DNA of 61,159 nucleotides, taken from a virus (Duplodnaviria; Caudoviricetes). The DNA lies in the IMG/VR virus record IMGVR_UViG_3300025652_000068, positions 1 through 61,159 of that record. The stretch is one strand, 5' to 3'. Each line of letters opens with the position of its first letter. Position 1 is the first letter of the stretch. Below, one piece after another: positions 18,365 through 26,725 of this stretch. The notes under the pieces are model-generated. The model saw only the letters and a program-made list of their open reading frames with translations, did no database searches and was not told where the DNA came from. The translations under genes and the position numbers were made by a program.

Positions 18365-19840
18365 CTAGTAGTAGTTATAGGTTTTCTCAGGACGATCTTC
18401 ATCATCTTTATAATCTGAGTATAACTCAACAAAGTTTCCTTGTCTGTATCGTAGTATTGCCTGAGTCGTGGAATCAACATAGTCATCATTGGCGCCATGC
18501 GGAAAGGCGGCACATTCGTCAATCACATCTTCTGCAAATTTTTCACCATACGGATACCACACGGCTCCACTTTCAAAGACGGGTGCACAACTGTTAACTC
18601 TCGTATGTTTGTCATTTCCTCTGGTAGGCGTGAATGGTACCACTGGAATACCCATTCTTCTAAACTCCTGGGTCAGTGGTTCGCCAGACGCTTTTTGTTC
18701 GACAATAATGGTTTCAGGTTCCCAATACTTTTGTGCATCGAGAGCCACGGCTTTAAGTTCTGGAAAGTCATACTTACCGCGAATGGCATCGAGTAAAATA
18801 ATATTCGGTGCCCCACCTTCTTCTGGAAAAAATACTCCCCAAGTGGTAATTGCAGAATAGTCAGCGGTTTCTTTTTTCGAGAACGCCGTATCATAACTTT
18901 GAATAACATGTTGTAACATAGGTAAAGTATCTTGTTCCCACGGCTGCCACCAGTCGCGTTTGATAATAGCGCCTTCTTCTGAGGTTGGTTCTTGCATGTA
19001 TTGTGCTGACCAGTTTCTAATTGGAATAGATGCTTTGATTTTTTCTAGCTCTTCTAGCTCCCAATATTCTGGCCACACTGGGTTCCCTGAGTCGAGGATC
19101 GCTGGAAACGAAACTTGTTTCCATGAATCTGCTTTGGGTTCGGTTTGAGCCTTCAAGAGCCTTCCCGTTAAATCGTCCTCGGCCCATCGGGTCATAACAA
19201 CTAGGATCGAGCCTCCTGGTTGTAAACGTTGTCTGGGTCCTGAAGTGTACCAGTCGTACGCACGTTCCATGGCAGTGTCCGACATAGAATCTTGCTCCGT
19301 GTGGGGGTCATCAATAATCAATAAATCCGCACCACGGCCCGTGATGGACGAACCAACTCCAGCAGCATAGTATTCACCACCTTGATTAGTTTCCCATCTA
19401 CCTTTGGCTTTGGAGTCCTCACGCAGTTTCACATCACCAAAGATTTGTTTGTACTCTGGTGAGTCAATAATGTTACGAACCTTAGCTCCGAACCTTGCGG
19501 CAAGTTCTGTATTGTGAGAAACCTGCATAATTTTTAATTTTGGATACTTACCAATAATCCAAGCAGGGTAGTAAACAGATGCAAATTCAGATTTAGTATG
19601 TCTAGGTGGCATATTAATTAAGAGCCTCCCTTTTCTTTGGTCTGCGATATCAGTAAATTCTTTAGCTATAATCTGATGATGGCCCCACTGGCTTGGATCT
19701 TTTGATTTTCTACAAATAAAATCGGGCCAGACTTCTTGAACAAAAGCTAAAAAATTATCCTGACAAAGCTTTACATGCTGTATCCAAAGCTTTTCTACTT
19801 CGAGCCTCATTTGTTCTGTGGTCATTAGGTCTGTCTGCAT
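18365..19840 (-). CDS. terL: Terminase large subunit
   Basis: MPPRHTKS Walker A, LLIIDDP Walker B, YDTA and DDYVD nuclease motifs. Confidence 0.92.
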   Translation of the reverse strand: MQTDLMTTEQMRLEVEKLWIQHVKLCQDNFLAFVQEVWPDFICRKSKDPSQWGHHQIIAKEFTDIADQRKGRLLINMPPRHTKSEFASVYYPAWIIGKYPKLKIMQVSHNTELAARFGAKVRNIIDSPEYKQIFGDVKLREDSKAKGRWETNQGGEYYAAGVGSSITGRGADLLIIDDPHTEQDSMSDTAMERAYDWYTSGPRQRLQPGGSILVVMTRWAEDDLTGRLLKAQTEPKADSWKQVSFPAILDSGNPVWPEYWELEELEKIKASIPIRNWSAQYMQEPTSEEGAIIKRDWWQPWEQDTLPMLQHVIQSYDTAFSKKETADYSAITTWGVFFPEEGGAPNIILLDAIRGKYDFPELKAVALDAQKYWEPETIIVEQKASGEPLTQEFRRMGIPVVPFTPTRGNDKHTRVNSCAPVFESGAVWYPYGEKFAEDVIDECAAFPHGANDDYVDSTTQAILRYRQGNFVELYSDYKDDEDRPEKTYNYY

Positions 19841-19998
19841 AAGCTAATTATAACCATATCTAGACTTTTTGCTAGTATGTGCATCTATGAAATAGGATAT
19901 ATAAGAGGTTTTTGCTGTAAGCTGGGGCTTGTGCGTGGCGTGTGATAAAGAGCATCAAAGCATATTGCATCTTGGATTGAGCCTTGTAAATCATAGGC

Positions 19999-20026
19999 AA
20001 AAAAAATGCGACTTCCTTGTCGCATT
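19999..20026 (-). terminator. Intrinsic terminator after 20054..20296
   Basis: AATGCGAC-loop-GTCGCATT followed by a U-run on the minus strand. Confidence 0.75.
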
Positions 20027-20053
20027 AAACTTCTAGCAAGTTTTAAGACTAGT

Positions 20054-20296
20054 CTATTCTCTATCTCCTACTATTTTTTTCATTAATGGTGAGACACCTA
20101 CAGCAATATCATTCAACATGTCTTGCGATTGAGCTGTGCCTTGATATTTTAATAGGCTATCCATAATTACTTTTTCAAGTAATGCAGAAAATACAACATA
20201 GTTAACTTTATTATCTTCCATGAATTCTGCTACTTGCGATTCGTTAACTTCTGCTACTTGATTATTAACAAATTGTACTAAGTCAAAGTTAGGCAT
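20054..20296 (-). CDS. Hypothetical early protein
   Basis: 80 aa, SD AGGAG, TAATG coupling. Confidence 0.65.
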   Translation of the reverse strand: MPNFDLVQFVNNQVAEVNESQVAEFMEDNKVNYVVFSALLEKVIMDSLLKYQGTAQSQDMLNDIAVGVSPLMKKIVGDRE

Positions 20297-20673
20297 TATT
20301 CTTCTCCTTTAATAGTTAGCTCATTATAAGATGTAATAGTAGTATTACCTATTAACAATTCGTCTATTGTACTGTTAGCAATAACACCCATGCTTTTTAT
20401 AGTCTCAATTACATTTTTGTAATCAACAGTATTTCTGCATTTAGGTGTAAGGTAGAAATTAATTGCAACATCATCAACATTGATTGCAATCGTATTGCCT
20501 TTTGATTTTTCAATAATAGCTAAAACATTTTTTCTACTATCTTTATATAATGCTTTATCACTATCATGTTGAGTTTTAAAATCTATGAAAGATTGCAAAT
20601 ATTCTCTTTCATGTTTTTTAAGTAATGCAGTTTTAGTAACTACAAATTTTTGGTTAAGATTTTGTAAATTCAT
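20296..20673 (-). CDS. Hypothetical early protein
   Basis: 125 aa, SD AGGAG, own promoter. Confidence 0.65.
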   Translation of the reverse strand: MNLQNLNQKFVVTKTALLKKHEREYLQSFIDFKTQHDSDKALYKDSRKNVLAIIEKSKGNTIAINVDDVAINFYLTPKCRNTVDYKNVIETIKSMGVIANSTIDELLIGNTTITSYNELTIKGEE

Positions 20674-20715
20674 ATTTTTACTCCTATTGGTTATTAATAA
20701 AAAACTTACTCTTAT

Positions 20716-20743
20716 ATATTACTCCTATTATCTCCCATGTCTA
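20716..20743 (-). promoter_or_regulatory. Putative sigma70 promoter
   Basis: TAGACA-16bp-TAATAT, containing TGGGAGA. Confidence 0.5.
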
Positions 20744-20979
20744 CCTATATATAGCAAATAAGTGAAATTAATTTTATGCAGATGTAGCAGGAATTTCTCT
20801 GCAGGAAGCTTCCGTATGTATATATAAGATCCCCCAACCCCCGACCACGCAACGGCGGGACGGGGAACAGAGTATGGAAAGACGAGCTATGGACGAAGCT
20901 GGTGTGTGCCCCGGTAACCTTCGGCTTTATATATAAAGATCAGAAATCGAGAGCACGCCACGGCGGGACGGCGGGGGCT

Positions 20980-21084
20980 TCAAAAGAAATGTGCAGCGGT
21001 GAAGATCAGACCAAGCAAGAAGAGTCCTGGCATCCAGAACGCCAGGACCAGGAAGACGCAAGCGAGAAACATGAGTATGCCCAT
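20980..21084 (-). CDS. 34-aa hydrophobic membrane peptide (not in ORF track)
   Basis: MGILMFLACVFLVLAFWMPGLFLLGLIFTAAHFF; TGATG-coupled to upstream ORF. Confidence 0.55.
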   Translation of the reverse strand: MGILMFLACVFLVLAFWMPGLFLLGLIFTAAHFF

Positions 21085-21242
21085 CACACATCGGCGTCGG
21101 GACGAGCTTCGGTATCAGCCTCACCCTTAGCATCAGACTCTGGCACCGGATCTTGGTGCTCCGGTATCTCTATGACCACGAAACCATCACGCTCAGTCAC
21201 AACGGCGTTGGGATTCAATTGTAGCAGTGTATCAATTAACAT
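21084..21242 (-). CDS. 52-aa acidic protein (not in ORF track)
   Basis: MLIDTLLQLNPNAVVTERDGFVVIEIPEHQDPVPESDAKGEADTEARPDADV; SD GGAGGT. Confidence 0.6.
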   Translation of the reverse strand: MLIDTLLQLNPNAVVTERDGFVVIEIPEHQDPVPESDAKGEADTEARPDADV

Positions 21243-21361
21243 TTGTACCTCCCTTCACGGTTCTTGAGATCTTTTTTATCTTGCCAATCTAGAATGATCA
21301 GCAACACGAGGGCCACGGCCATGGCACCGAAGGCAAACCCTATAATAAATGTTGTAAGCAT
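21236..21361 (-). CDS. 41-aa single-TM protein (not in ORF track)
   Basis: MLTTFIIGFAFGAMAVALVLLIILDWQDKKDLKNREGRYKC; SD AGGAGA; promoter upstream. Confidence 0.6.
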   Translation of the reverse strand: MLTTFIIGFAFGAMAVALVLLIILDWQDKKDLKNREGRYKC

Positions 21362-21392
21362 CTGTTTCTCCTTTGTTGTTGTTTAGATCATC

Positions 21393-21421
21393 AGTGTCCC
21401 ATGTATCCCCATACATGTCAA
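21393..21421 (-). promoter_or_regulatory. Putative sigma70 promoter
   Basis: TTGACA-17bp-GACACT; spacer contains TGGGA and the ATGTAT-CCCC-ATACAT inverted repeat. Confidence 0.55.
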
Positions 21422-21524
21422 CATTATTACAACCATGAGCAACTTTCTCAGGACCTGGTGATGCTATCCTTTATATATAAAGACAAACTGGATCGCTTCC
21501 CAAAACGGGACGGCGGGAGCAGAC

Positions 21525-21559
21525 AAAAAAAACCCCCGAGCCGAAGCTCAGGGGAAAAA
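21525..21559 (-). terminator. Intrinsic terminator after 21656..22255
   Basis: CCCCTGAG-loop-CTCGGGGG followed by U8 on the minus strand. Confidence 0.75.
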
Positions 21560-21655
21560 GTGAGGTTGTATTAACTTAACCGATAATCAACCCCTTCGAG
21601 ACGGGAGACGGGGGTGTTGTCTCCCAATGAAGTCCTTTTCAGTCCTAAGTTACCT

Positions 21656-22255
21656 TTAACATATCTCAAAGCCCCCTGACTGTCTACAAAAATCTGCAAA
21701 GTCTTGAACATTCTCAACACTAAACGGATAACTGTCGTCCCACGACTTTTGGCTATAAAGATTCTCCCACTCTTTATTTTGTATTTCTGGATAATTAGTT
21801 GGAGCTATATCTTTGTTACCAGTCAGCTTGATTACACTTTCACGCAAAGCACTCATTTTTTCTTCAATGCCTTTGTTGAACTCTTCAGCTTCTGCCATAG
21901 ACTTTTCAACTATCATCTGATATTCAGCAGTGTGTCCTTGCTTGATTAAAGCTTCTAAAGTGTTGGCAATTCTAATAGCTGTATCTTCATCAACTTGATG
22001 ACCACTATTCTCATGCCAACGACCGTACTCATCTTCAGAAATCTGATCAGTATTCTCATACACATATTGAGCTAGTCTTCGCCACCACCAAACATTATTG
22101 CGAAAGTACACACCTTTGTTGGCATCTTCATATTTCTCAGATTGCTCAAAGTATGCTTTTTTTTCCTCGCCTGATGGATTAGTGTCCCAATCAATCTCAG
22201 GCTTTACGCTATCTTCTCGTATTGTTGGATTCAATCCATATACATCAAAACCCAT
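21656..22255 (-). CDS. Hypothetical early protein (probable start MGFDVYG)
   Basis: SD AGAGGA; YFRNNVWWW and F..FC..SGGF motifs; own promoter and terminator. Confidence 0.65.
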   Translation of the reverse strand: MGFDVYGLNPTIREDSVKPEIDWDTNPSGEEKKAYFEQSEKYEDANKGVYFRNNVWWWRRLAQYVYENTDQISEDEYGRWHENSGHQVDEDTAIRIANTLEALIKQGHTAEYQMIVEKSMAEAEEFNKGIEEKMSALRESVIKLTGNKDIAPTNYPEIQNKEWENLYSQKSWDDSYPFSVENVQDFADFCRQSGGFEIC

Positions 22256-22292
22256 AATCATATCCTCTCTTTTTTGTTTACTTACATCTCCC

Positions 22293-22320
22293 ATGATATC
22301 AAAGATAACAAGAATGTAAA
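22293..22320 (-). promoter_or_regulatory. Putative sigma70 promoter
   Basis: TTTACA-16bp-TATCAT, followed by GGGAGA. Confidence 0.5.
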
Positions 22321-22561
22321 GACATTATCTGTAAACAAATTACCTTTATGCTTGAAGCATCTGAAGGAGGCCCGGAAAAAACCGGGGTATCCTATCCTTA
22401 TATATAACAGACCAAGATCCGTCGGGACGGCGGGACGGCGGGGCGTGAGCCACAGGCTTCTCCAGCACGGAGGCGTCCTGGTTCACGGATCCTGGATGCC
22501 AGGGCTTTTATATATAAAGAGCAACGGGACGGGACGGGGCAACGGGACGGCGGGACGAGCT

Positions 22562-22969
22562 TCAGGAAGGAGGCGTCGGATCCTGGGGATGGGATGCCTG
22601 GATCAATATATTATATAAGTTATCGACGGCAGGACGGGACGGCGCGGGACGGGACAGCGATACTGCGACGCCTGGCTCACGGATCTCGAGAAGTTCCAGC
22701 TCGGTCTGCGAGGCATGCACATTAAGAATACGGACGATACCACCCGCCTGCTGATGATTTAAATGCCAGTTAACCTGAAACTTAGACAGCCCACAATTCT
22801 TAGCATTTGTTGCTTTCAATTCTAGCCAAAACGAACGGCCTTCAATACAGCCATAAACGTCAGGAATTCCGTTGATTGTAGAGGATTCTATACGAGTTAA
22901 ATGCCAGTTCTTACGACCTTTCTGAAGCTGGTTAATTCTTTTCCACAATTTAGCTTCTTTGGTAGCCAT
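22562..22969 (-). CDS. PD-(D/E)XK Holliday junction resolvase / VRR-NUC-like nuclease
   Basis: E..LW, RIES, GIPD, WLELK and Q..W motifs; the C-terminal tail runs into the GC-rich repeats. Confidence 0.75.
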   Translation of the reverse strand: MATKEAKLWKRINQLQKGRKNWHLTRIESSTINGIPDVYGCIEGRSFWLELKATNAKNCGLSKFQVNWHLNHQQAGGIVRILNVHASQTELELLEIREPGVAVSLSRPAPSRPAVDNLYNILIQASHPQDPTPPS

Positions 22970-23015
22970 ACAGGGTGCTATATCTTTATAAGTTAATTTA
23001 TTATACGATTATATC

Positions 23016-23321
23016 ATGGAACAAAAAATGGACAAATACGGAAATTTAACTATATCACTTTTTGATATTTTAGATCAACAAGATGACGCTAAATTTATTT
23101 ATTTTTATTTAGCGTTAGATAGACCAATAAAAAAAATTATTGAAAATGCTTTTTATGTTGCATACACCAAAAAATTATTAGACAGAGATAATCCAGACAT
23201 AATTCACCATGAAGAAAATGGTGTGACACATATTGAAGTCCACCCACAAGACATCATAAAAAATATAGAAATTATTAAAAAAATTTTAGCTACTGATGTG
23301 TTTGAAGATGAAAACGAATAA
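23016..23321 (+). CDS. Hypothetical protein
   Basis: 101 aa, only long ORF in the interval. Confidence 0.55.
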   Translation: MEQKMDKYGNLTISLFDILDQQDDAKFIYFYLALDRPIKKIIENAFYVAYTKKLLDRDNPDIIHHEENGVTHIEVHPQDIIKNIEIIKKILATDVFEDENE

Positions 23322-23565
23322 ACCAAAATATCCACTATATATCGTAATATGGAAAGACCATACTGGTAATGCTTCTTGGCAGAGTGTTGAAGAAATTCAC
23401 AAAGAAAAATACATAATAGCCTACAGTATTGGCTATCTATTATCTGAAGATAAAGAATGTGTAAAATTATGTAATACTTACACCTCTGATGGTGGTTGGG
23501 GTGGATTAGATCTTATTTTAAAATCTTGTATTGTGGAGATGTTCGAATTAGAAATACTTGATTAA
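23296..23565 (+). CDS. Small phage protein, unknown function
   Basis: V.WKDH....W and SIGYLL motifs. Confidence 0.6.
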   Translation: MCLKMKTNKPKYPLYIVIWKDHTGNASWQSVEEIHKEKYIIAYSIGYLLSEDKECVKLCNTYTSDGGWGGLDLILKSCIVEMFELEILD

Positions 23566-24056
23566 TCGTTGCCCTGAACAATTATAGTATTAGCTCCAAT
23601 TTTATCTTCAAGTTCTTTTAGTCTGTTTTCTAATTGTTCTCTACTCATGCCCTCTAAAGTATTGTGAGTTATTTCCTTCTTATCAATGTACTGACCAGCT
23701 AACTGGCCTGATCTGAATTCAGCATTTATAGCGGCGGTATATTGACCTTTCTTTTCACTACCGTCGCGTAACCTATCCAGTATTTTATATCTTCTTAACT
23801 TATCTTTCTCGTATTTAGCCTGTTCCTCGCTTAATCTTCTTTCTAGGAATCTACACACATGTGGATTTATTTCAGGATTTGTAAGTCTACTACCTAAGAC
23901 CATAGCTGAATTTTCACTTTTTGAACTATAGCCTGCTTTAATAACAGCATCTTTCTTGGAGATTATACCCCAGTCAGCAACTAAAGCGTTAACAAACGCT
24001 ACTTGTTTTTCAGTTAAATCATCAAATGTTTTCATTGTTTTTGGTTTACTTGGCAC
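23562..24056 (-). CDS. terS: Terminase small subunit
   Basis: LTEKQ.AFV, A.IKAGYS HTH and AAINAE..G...G.Y.DK motifs; SD AGGAGGTG. Confidence 0.75.
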   Translation of the reverse strand: MPSKPKTMKTFDDLTEKQVAFVNALVADWGIISKKDAVIKAGYSSKSENSAMVLGSRLTNPEINPHVCRFLERRLSEEQAKYEKDKLRRYKILDRLRDGSEKKGQYTAAINAEFRSGQLAGQYIDKKEITHNTLEGMSREQLENRLKELEDKIGANTIIVQGND

Positions 24057-24245
24057 CTATGCACCTCCTTACAAATAATATTTTAAATAAAATTTCCATA
24101 GTCGCCTCCTCTGTTTTCCATAGTTTTTAAGGAATATTCCTAGTAAGCTATTGTCTATAATCCTATTCATACAGTGTTTTCCATACTTTCCTTAATTCCT
24201 AGCTCTATACAAATAATATTTTTTATTTTTTTTGTATAGAAGTGC

Positions 24246-24878
24246 TTAGGTGTAAATTATATCCTTTTGTCTCGTCATCATGTCAGTTAATTGCTCATCG
24301 GTAACATTATAAACAATTGCTTGAGTTATCAATTGTTTTATTAATCCCTTTTTGTCATCAAAATACTCTGTATTCGGCTGTCTGTATTGTGCATATAGGT
24401 TGTGTAGCTTTGTTTCGGAGATCTCCTCTGTCTCTGGTCGTACGCCGATGAGCCGTACGCCGGTAACCGATAGCACCTGGTCCTTGATCCGATGTACCCA
24501 TTCCTTGCTCCTACCAATCTTTATGTACCCTTGTTCATTTTCTAGAAAATATATGGTTGCCGGTGTTCTCTCCACCTCAAACAGATCCTCGTAGCTTTTA
24601 CCTTCTTTCACTAAAACATCACACTCCTTGACCCTGGTTCGTGCTTCTTCAATCGTCATAATAGGCCAGTAACCTATGACCTTTGATTTATGTACTTTAT
24701 TGTATCCGTAATCAAATATAAAACTATGCGTACCTTTCTTTGATGCACTGACCAGTAAATTTTTAGTCAAAGCATCACGCACATAAATATATTTTACTTT
24801 TAAAAAATCAGGTTGCCAATTGTTTAAAAATTCTTCCGTCACTAAAACAGTCAAATCTTTAGTAGTTTTTCGAACCAT
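24246..24878 (-). CDS. Arm-type DNA-binding domain fused to a GIY-YIG (T5orf172-like) domain
   Basis: N-half RD....L.V.....G..SF...IG.WP.MTIEEAR; C-half IYF......IKIG.S....RI...E..LH......EYF. Confidence 0.6.
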   Translation of the reverse strand: MVRKTTKDLTVLVTEEFLNNWQPDFLKVKYIYVRDALTKNLLVSASKKGTHSFIFDYGYNKVHKSKVIGYWPIMTIEEARTRVKECDVLVKEGKSYEDLFEVERTPATIYFLENEQGYIKIGRSKEWVHRIKDQVLSVTGVRLIGVRPETEEISETKLHNLYAQYRQPNTEYFDDKKGLIKQLITQAIVYNVTDEQLTDMMTRQKDIIYT

Positions 24879-24983
24879 AACACATTCTCCTTACTACCAA
24901 GCTACTTGAATACTCTAACAAAATCAACAAGGTGCAAAATTAGCGTACTTTCATTCAGTTAAAAAAAAAAATAATCTCGCACC

Positions 24984-25454
24984 CTATGCCAATACTGATA
25001 AAAAAACAGTGCTGACATATTCCGTTGATGTTAAAAAAACTTCTTCTCTTAACGTGTTGACTCTTTTCCTAGTCATGCGTTGTTTTTCTTTATCAGGCAG
25101 ATTTTTCATGCGATTATAAAGTTTGTCATACTTTAACCACATTAACTGACGCTTGGTAAAACGTACATTTTTTTCTTTTAACGCTTTGACATAAGCTTCT
25201 TTAACTATGTCTGGTTCGAGTTCCGCGCAGATACAAACATTGATAAAGTCATCACACATCGAGATAATCCAGTTATGTGCTCTTAATTTTTTAAGTGAGT
25301 TCTTACGATCCGAATGTTTAACAAAAGTATCTTCAAAAGCATTAAGAATAACACAGCGCCAAAGTTTCGCTTCAGGTGATAATTCGTCCTGTTCTAATAT
25401 GTTACGAGCCAGGTTAATGCCAATGGCTCTTAATAGATCGGTTGATGCTTTCAC
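24984..25454 (-). CDS. Hypothetical protein (possible transcription regulator)
   Basis: PEAKLWRCVI.NA.ED...A..W...DF..VC motif. Confidence 0.55.
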   Translation of the reverse strand: MKASTDLLRAIGINLARNILEQDELSPEAKLWRCVILNAFEDTFVKHSDRKNSLKKLRAHNWIISMCDDFINVCICAELEPDIVKEAYVKALKEKNVRFTKRQLMWLKYDKLYNRMKNLPDKEKQRMTRKRVNTLREEVFLTSTEYVSTVFLSVLA

Positions 25455-25684
25455 TAATGTCCGTATGCCCTAATTAAGTAACCTATAATTTTTTCATATA
25501 CCTTGAGGACACTTTTATCACACTTTATTTCCTTTTGAAAGTTATAATCTCCAACAATACCAGCAATAAACTCGTGTTTATCTTCACAAGACATCTTATC
25601 TACATCCGCTAAAGAAAATCTGGCAAAATCCATATCTAAGATTTCTTCCCAGTTTAAATCTACTTTTTCTAATTTTATACCCAT
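25454..25684 (-). CDS. Hypothetical protein
   Basis: 76 aa, coupled to next gene. Confidence 0.55.
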   Translation of the reverse strand: MGIKLEKVDLNWEEILDMDFARFSLADVDKMSCEDKHEFIAGIVGDYNFQKEIKCDKSVLKVYEKIIGYLIRAYGH

Positions 25685-25708
25685 ACTTTAATTGTATTGG
25701 TAAAATTA

Positions 25709-25978
25709 TCATTGGTCTACCTTCTTACCGCCTTGTAAGACTTTTAATGTTTGTTTTTCTGCTTTTAAAGGTTTTAAAGTTGTACTTGTTTTCACATCTT
25801 TAAAAATCTGTTTTGCATCTGCTTTGAAGTCATAAACATCCGCATGGTCAGACCCAGCGTCATAACCAAATTTATCGCCCATCAAAAGTTTAGCTAAAGT
25901 ATTGACATAAAGTAAATATTCTTTTTGGTTTTTACAAGTTACGCTTAAATATATTAATAGGTATTTTAAATCATTCAT
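25709..25978 (-). CDS. Hypothetical protein (probable start MNDLK)
   Basis: Coupled to the Zn-finger gene; ends LKVLQGGK. Confidence 0.5.
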   Translation of the reverse strand: MNDLKYLLIYLSVTCKNQKEYLLYVNTLAKLLMGDKFGYDAGSDHADVYDFKADAKQIFKDVKTSTTLKPLKAEKQTLKVLQGGKKVDQ

Positions 25979-26156
25979 TTTTATCACCGTAAGATCCTTC
26001 AAAAGTATGTTTCCAACCAACATGACCGGTACCTTCACAATATTTACATATGTTTAATAATTTATCGTTGCCGACAAATCTGTCTTTTTCTGGTGTAAAA
26101 TATCCATTGCCTCTGCACTCAGGACAAAGAACATAAACTTTCTCTGGTGTACTCAT
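25971..26156 (-). CDS. DnaJ-type zinc-finger protein
   Basis: CPECRGNG and CKYCEGTG. Confidence 0.7.
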   Translation of the reverse strand: MSTPEKVYVLCPECRGNGYFTPEKDRFVGNDKLLNICKYCEGTGHVGWKHTFEGSYGDKNE

Positions 26157-26365
26157 AAAACCACCCTATCGTTACTGGCTGCTTTTAATTCTGCAATTTC
26201 TTTTTTCTCCGCCCTCTTTGCTGCAATGGCTTCTGATATTAAAATATCTAGTTGATCACTAGGGGATCTTTTTTCTTTCTTACAATATTTTTTATACTTT
26301 TCGTATACATCTAAGCGTATCGCTACGCTTTTCCATTTAGTTGTATCCATAATAACAATCTCCAC
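26153..26365 (-). CDS. Ribbon-helix-helix-like DNA-binding regulator
   Basis: WKSVAI strand followed by two helices (RSPSDQLDILI). Confidence 0.6.
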   Translation of the reverse strand: MEIVIMDTTKWKSVAIRLDVYEKYKKYCKKEKRSPSDQLDILISEAIAAKRAEKKEIAELKAASNDRVVL

Positions 26366-26420
26366 TATGTTAAATTAATTAATAATTGTTATTCGTCTTC
26401 CGTGATTCTATTTTTTTGTT

Positions 26421-26525
26421 TTAGTAAAAAAAATTATAAAAAACTAAACCTATTACCACCATTGATAGTTTAGGAAAAACAATAAGCATGAGGACAGCGC
26501 CACCTAATAGGTACAATATCCACAT
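26421..26525 (-). CDS. 34-aa hydrophobic membrane peptide (not in ORF track)
   Basis: MWILYLLGGAVLMLIVFPKLSMVVIGLVFYNFFY. Confidence 0.5.
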   Translation of the reverse strand: MWILYLLGGAVLMLIVFPKLSMVVIGLVFYNFFY

Positions 26526-26527
26526 GA

Positions 26528-26725
26528 TTAGCGTTTCTCTAATTCATCATCAATCAAAGATCTAACTATTTCCGTGCTATCGTATTTATCAAAAGAATAT
26601 TCTAAATTTTTTATTAGACACATAGCATCATCTCTTGTTTCTTCAGTCGTTCTTGATAAAATTTTATCAACGTGCTCTATCATGTCTAAAAACAAAACAG
26701 ATTTACTTTTTAAATTAATCTGCAT
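26528..26725 (-). CDS. Hypothetical protein
   Basis: Member of an overlapping small-gene operon. Confidence 0.55.
   Translation of the reverse strand: MQINLKSKSVLFLDMIEHVDKILSRTTEETRDDAMCLIKNLEYSFDKYDSTEIVRSLIDDELEKR

Larger units (their letters stand above)
20819..22656 (+). repeat. Dispersed array of six bipartite repeats: (C)TTTATATATAAAG palindrome plus downstream (A)CGGCGGGACGG tract
   Basis: AT elements at ~20819, 20925, 21469, 22397, 22505 and ~22606, each followed within ~5-25 bp by G-rich CGGGACGG units, all in the same orientation. Confidence 0.85.

Noticed and set aside
20902-21267. Plus-strand 121-aa ORF (also 20927..21133 minus and 22274..22618 plus)
   Set aside because: Likely products of GC-rich repeats; they conflict with small minus-strand ORFs that have SD, promoter and coupling.
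22526-22546. GGGACGGG as KOPS sites
   Set aside because: The E. coli KOPS consensus is GGGNAGGG and position 5 here is C; only the polarity is similar.
20819-22656. Repeat array as a CRISPR or mini-CRISPR
   Set aside because: Repeats are bipartite, degenerate and irregularly spaced with whole genes between them; no cas genes.
24246-24878. Functional integrase indicating lysogeny
   Set aside because: Only an arm-binding-like domain; no R-H-R-Y catalytic domain or att site identified.
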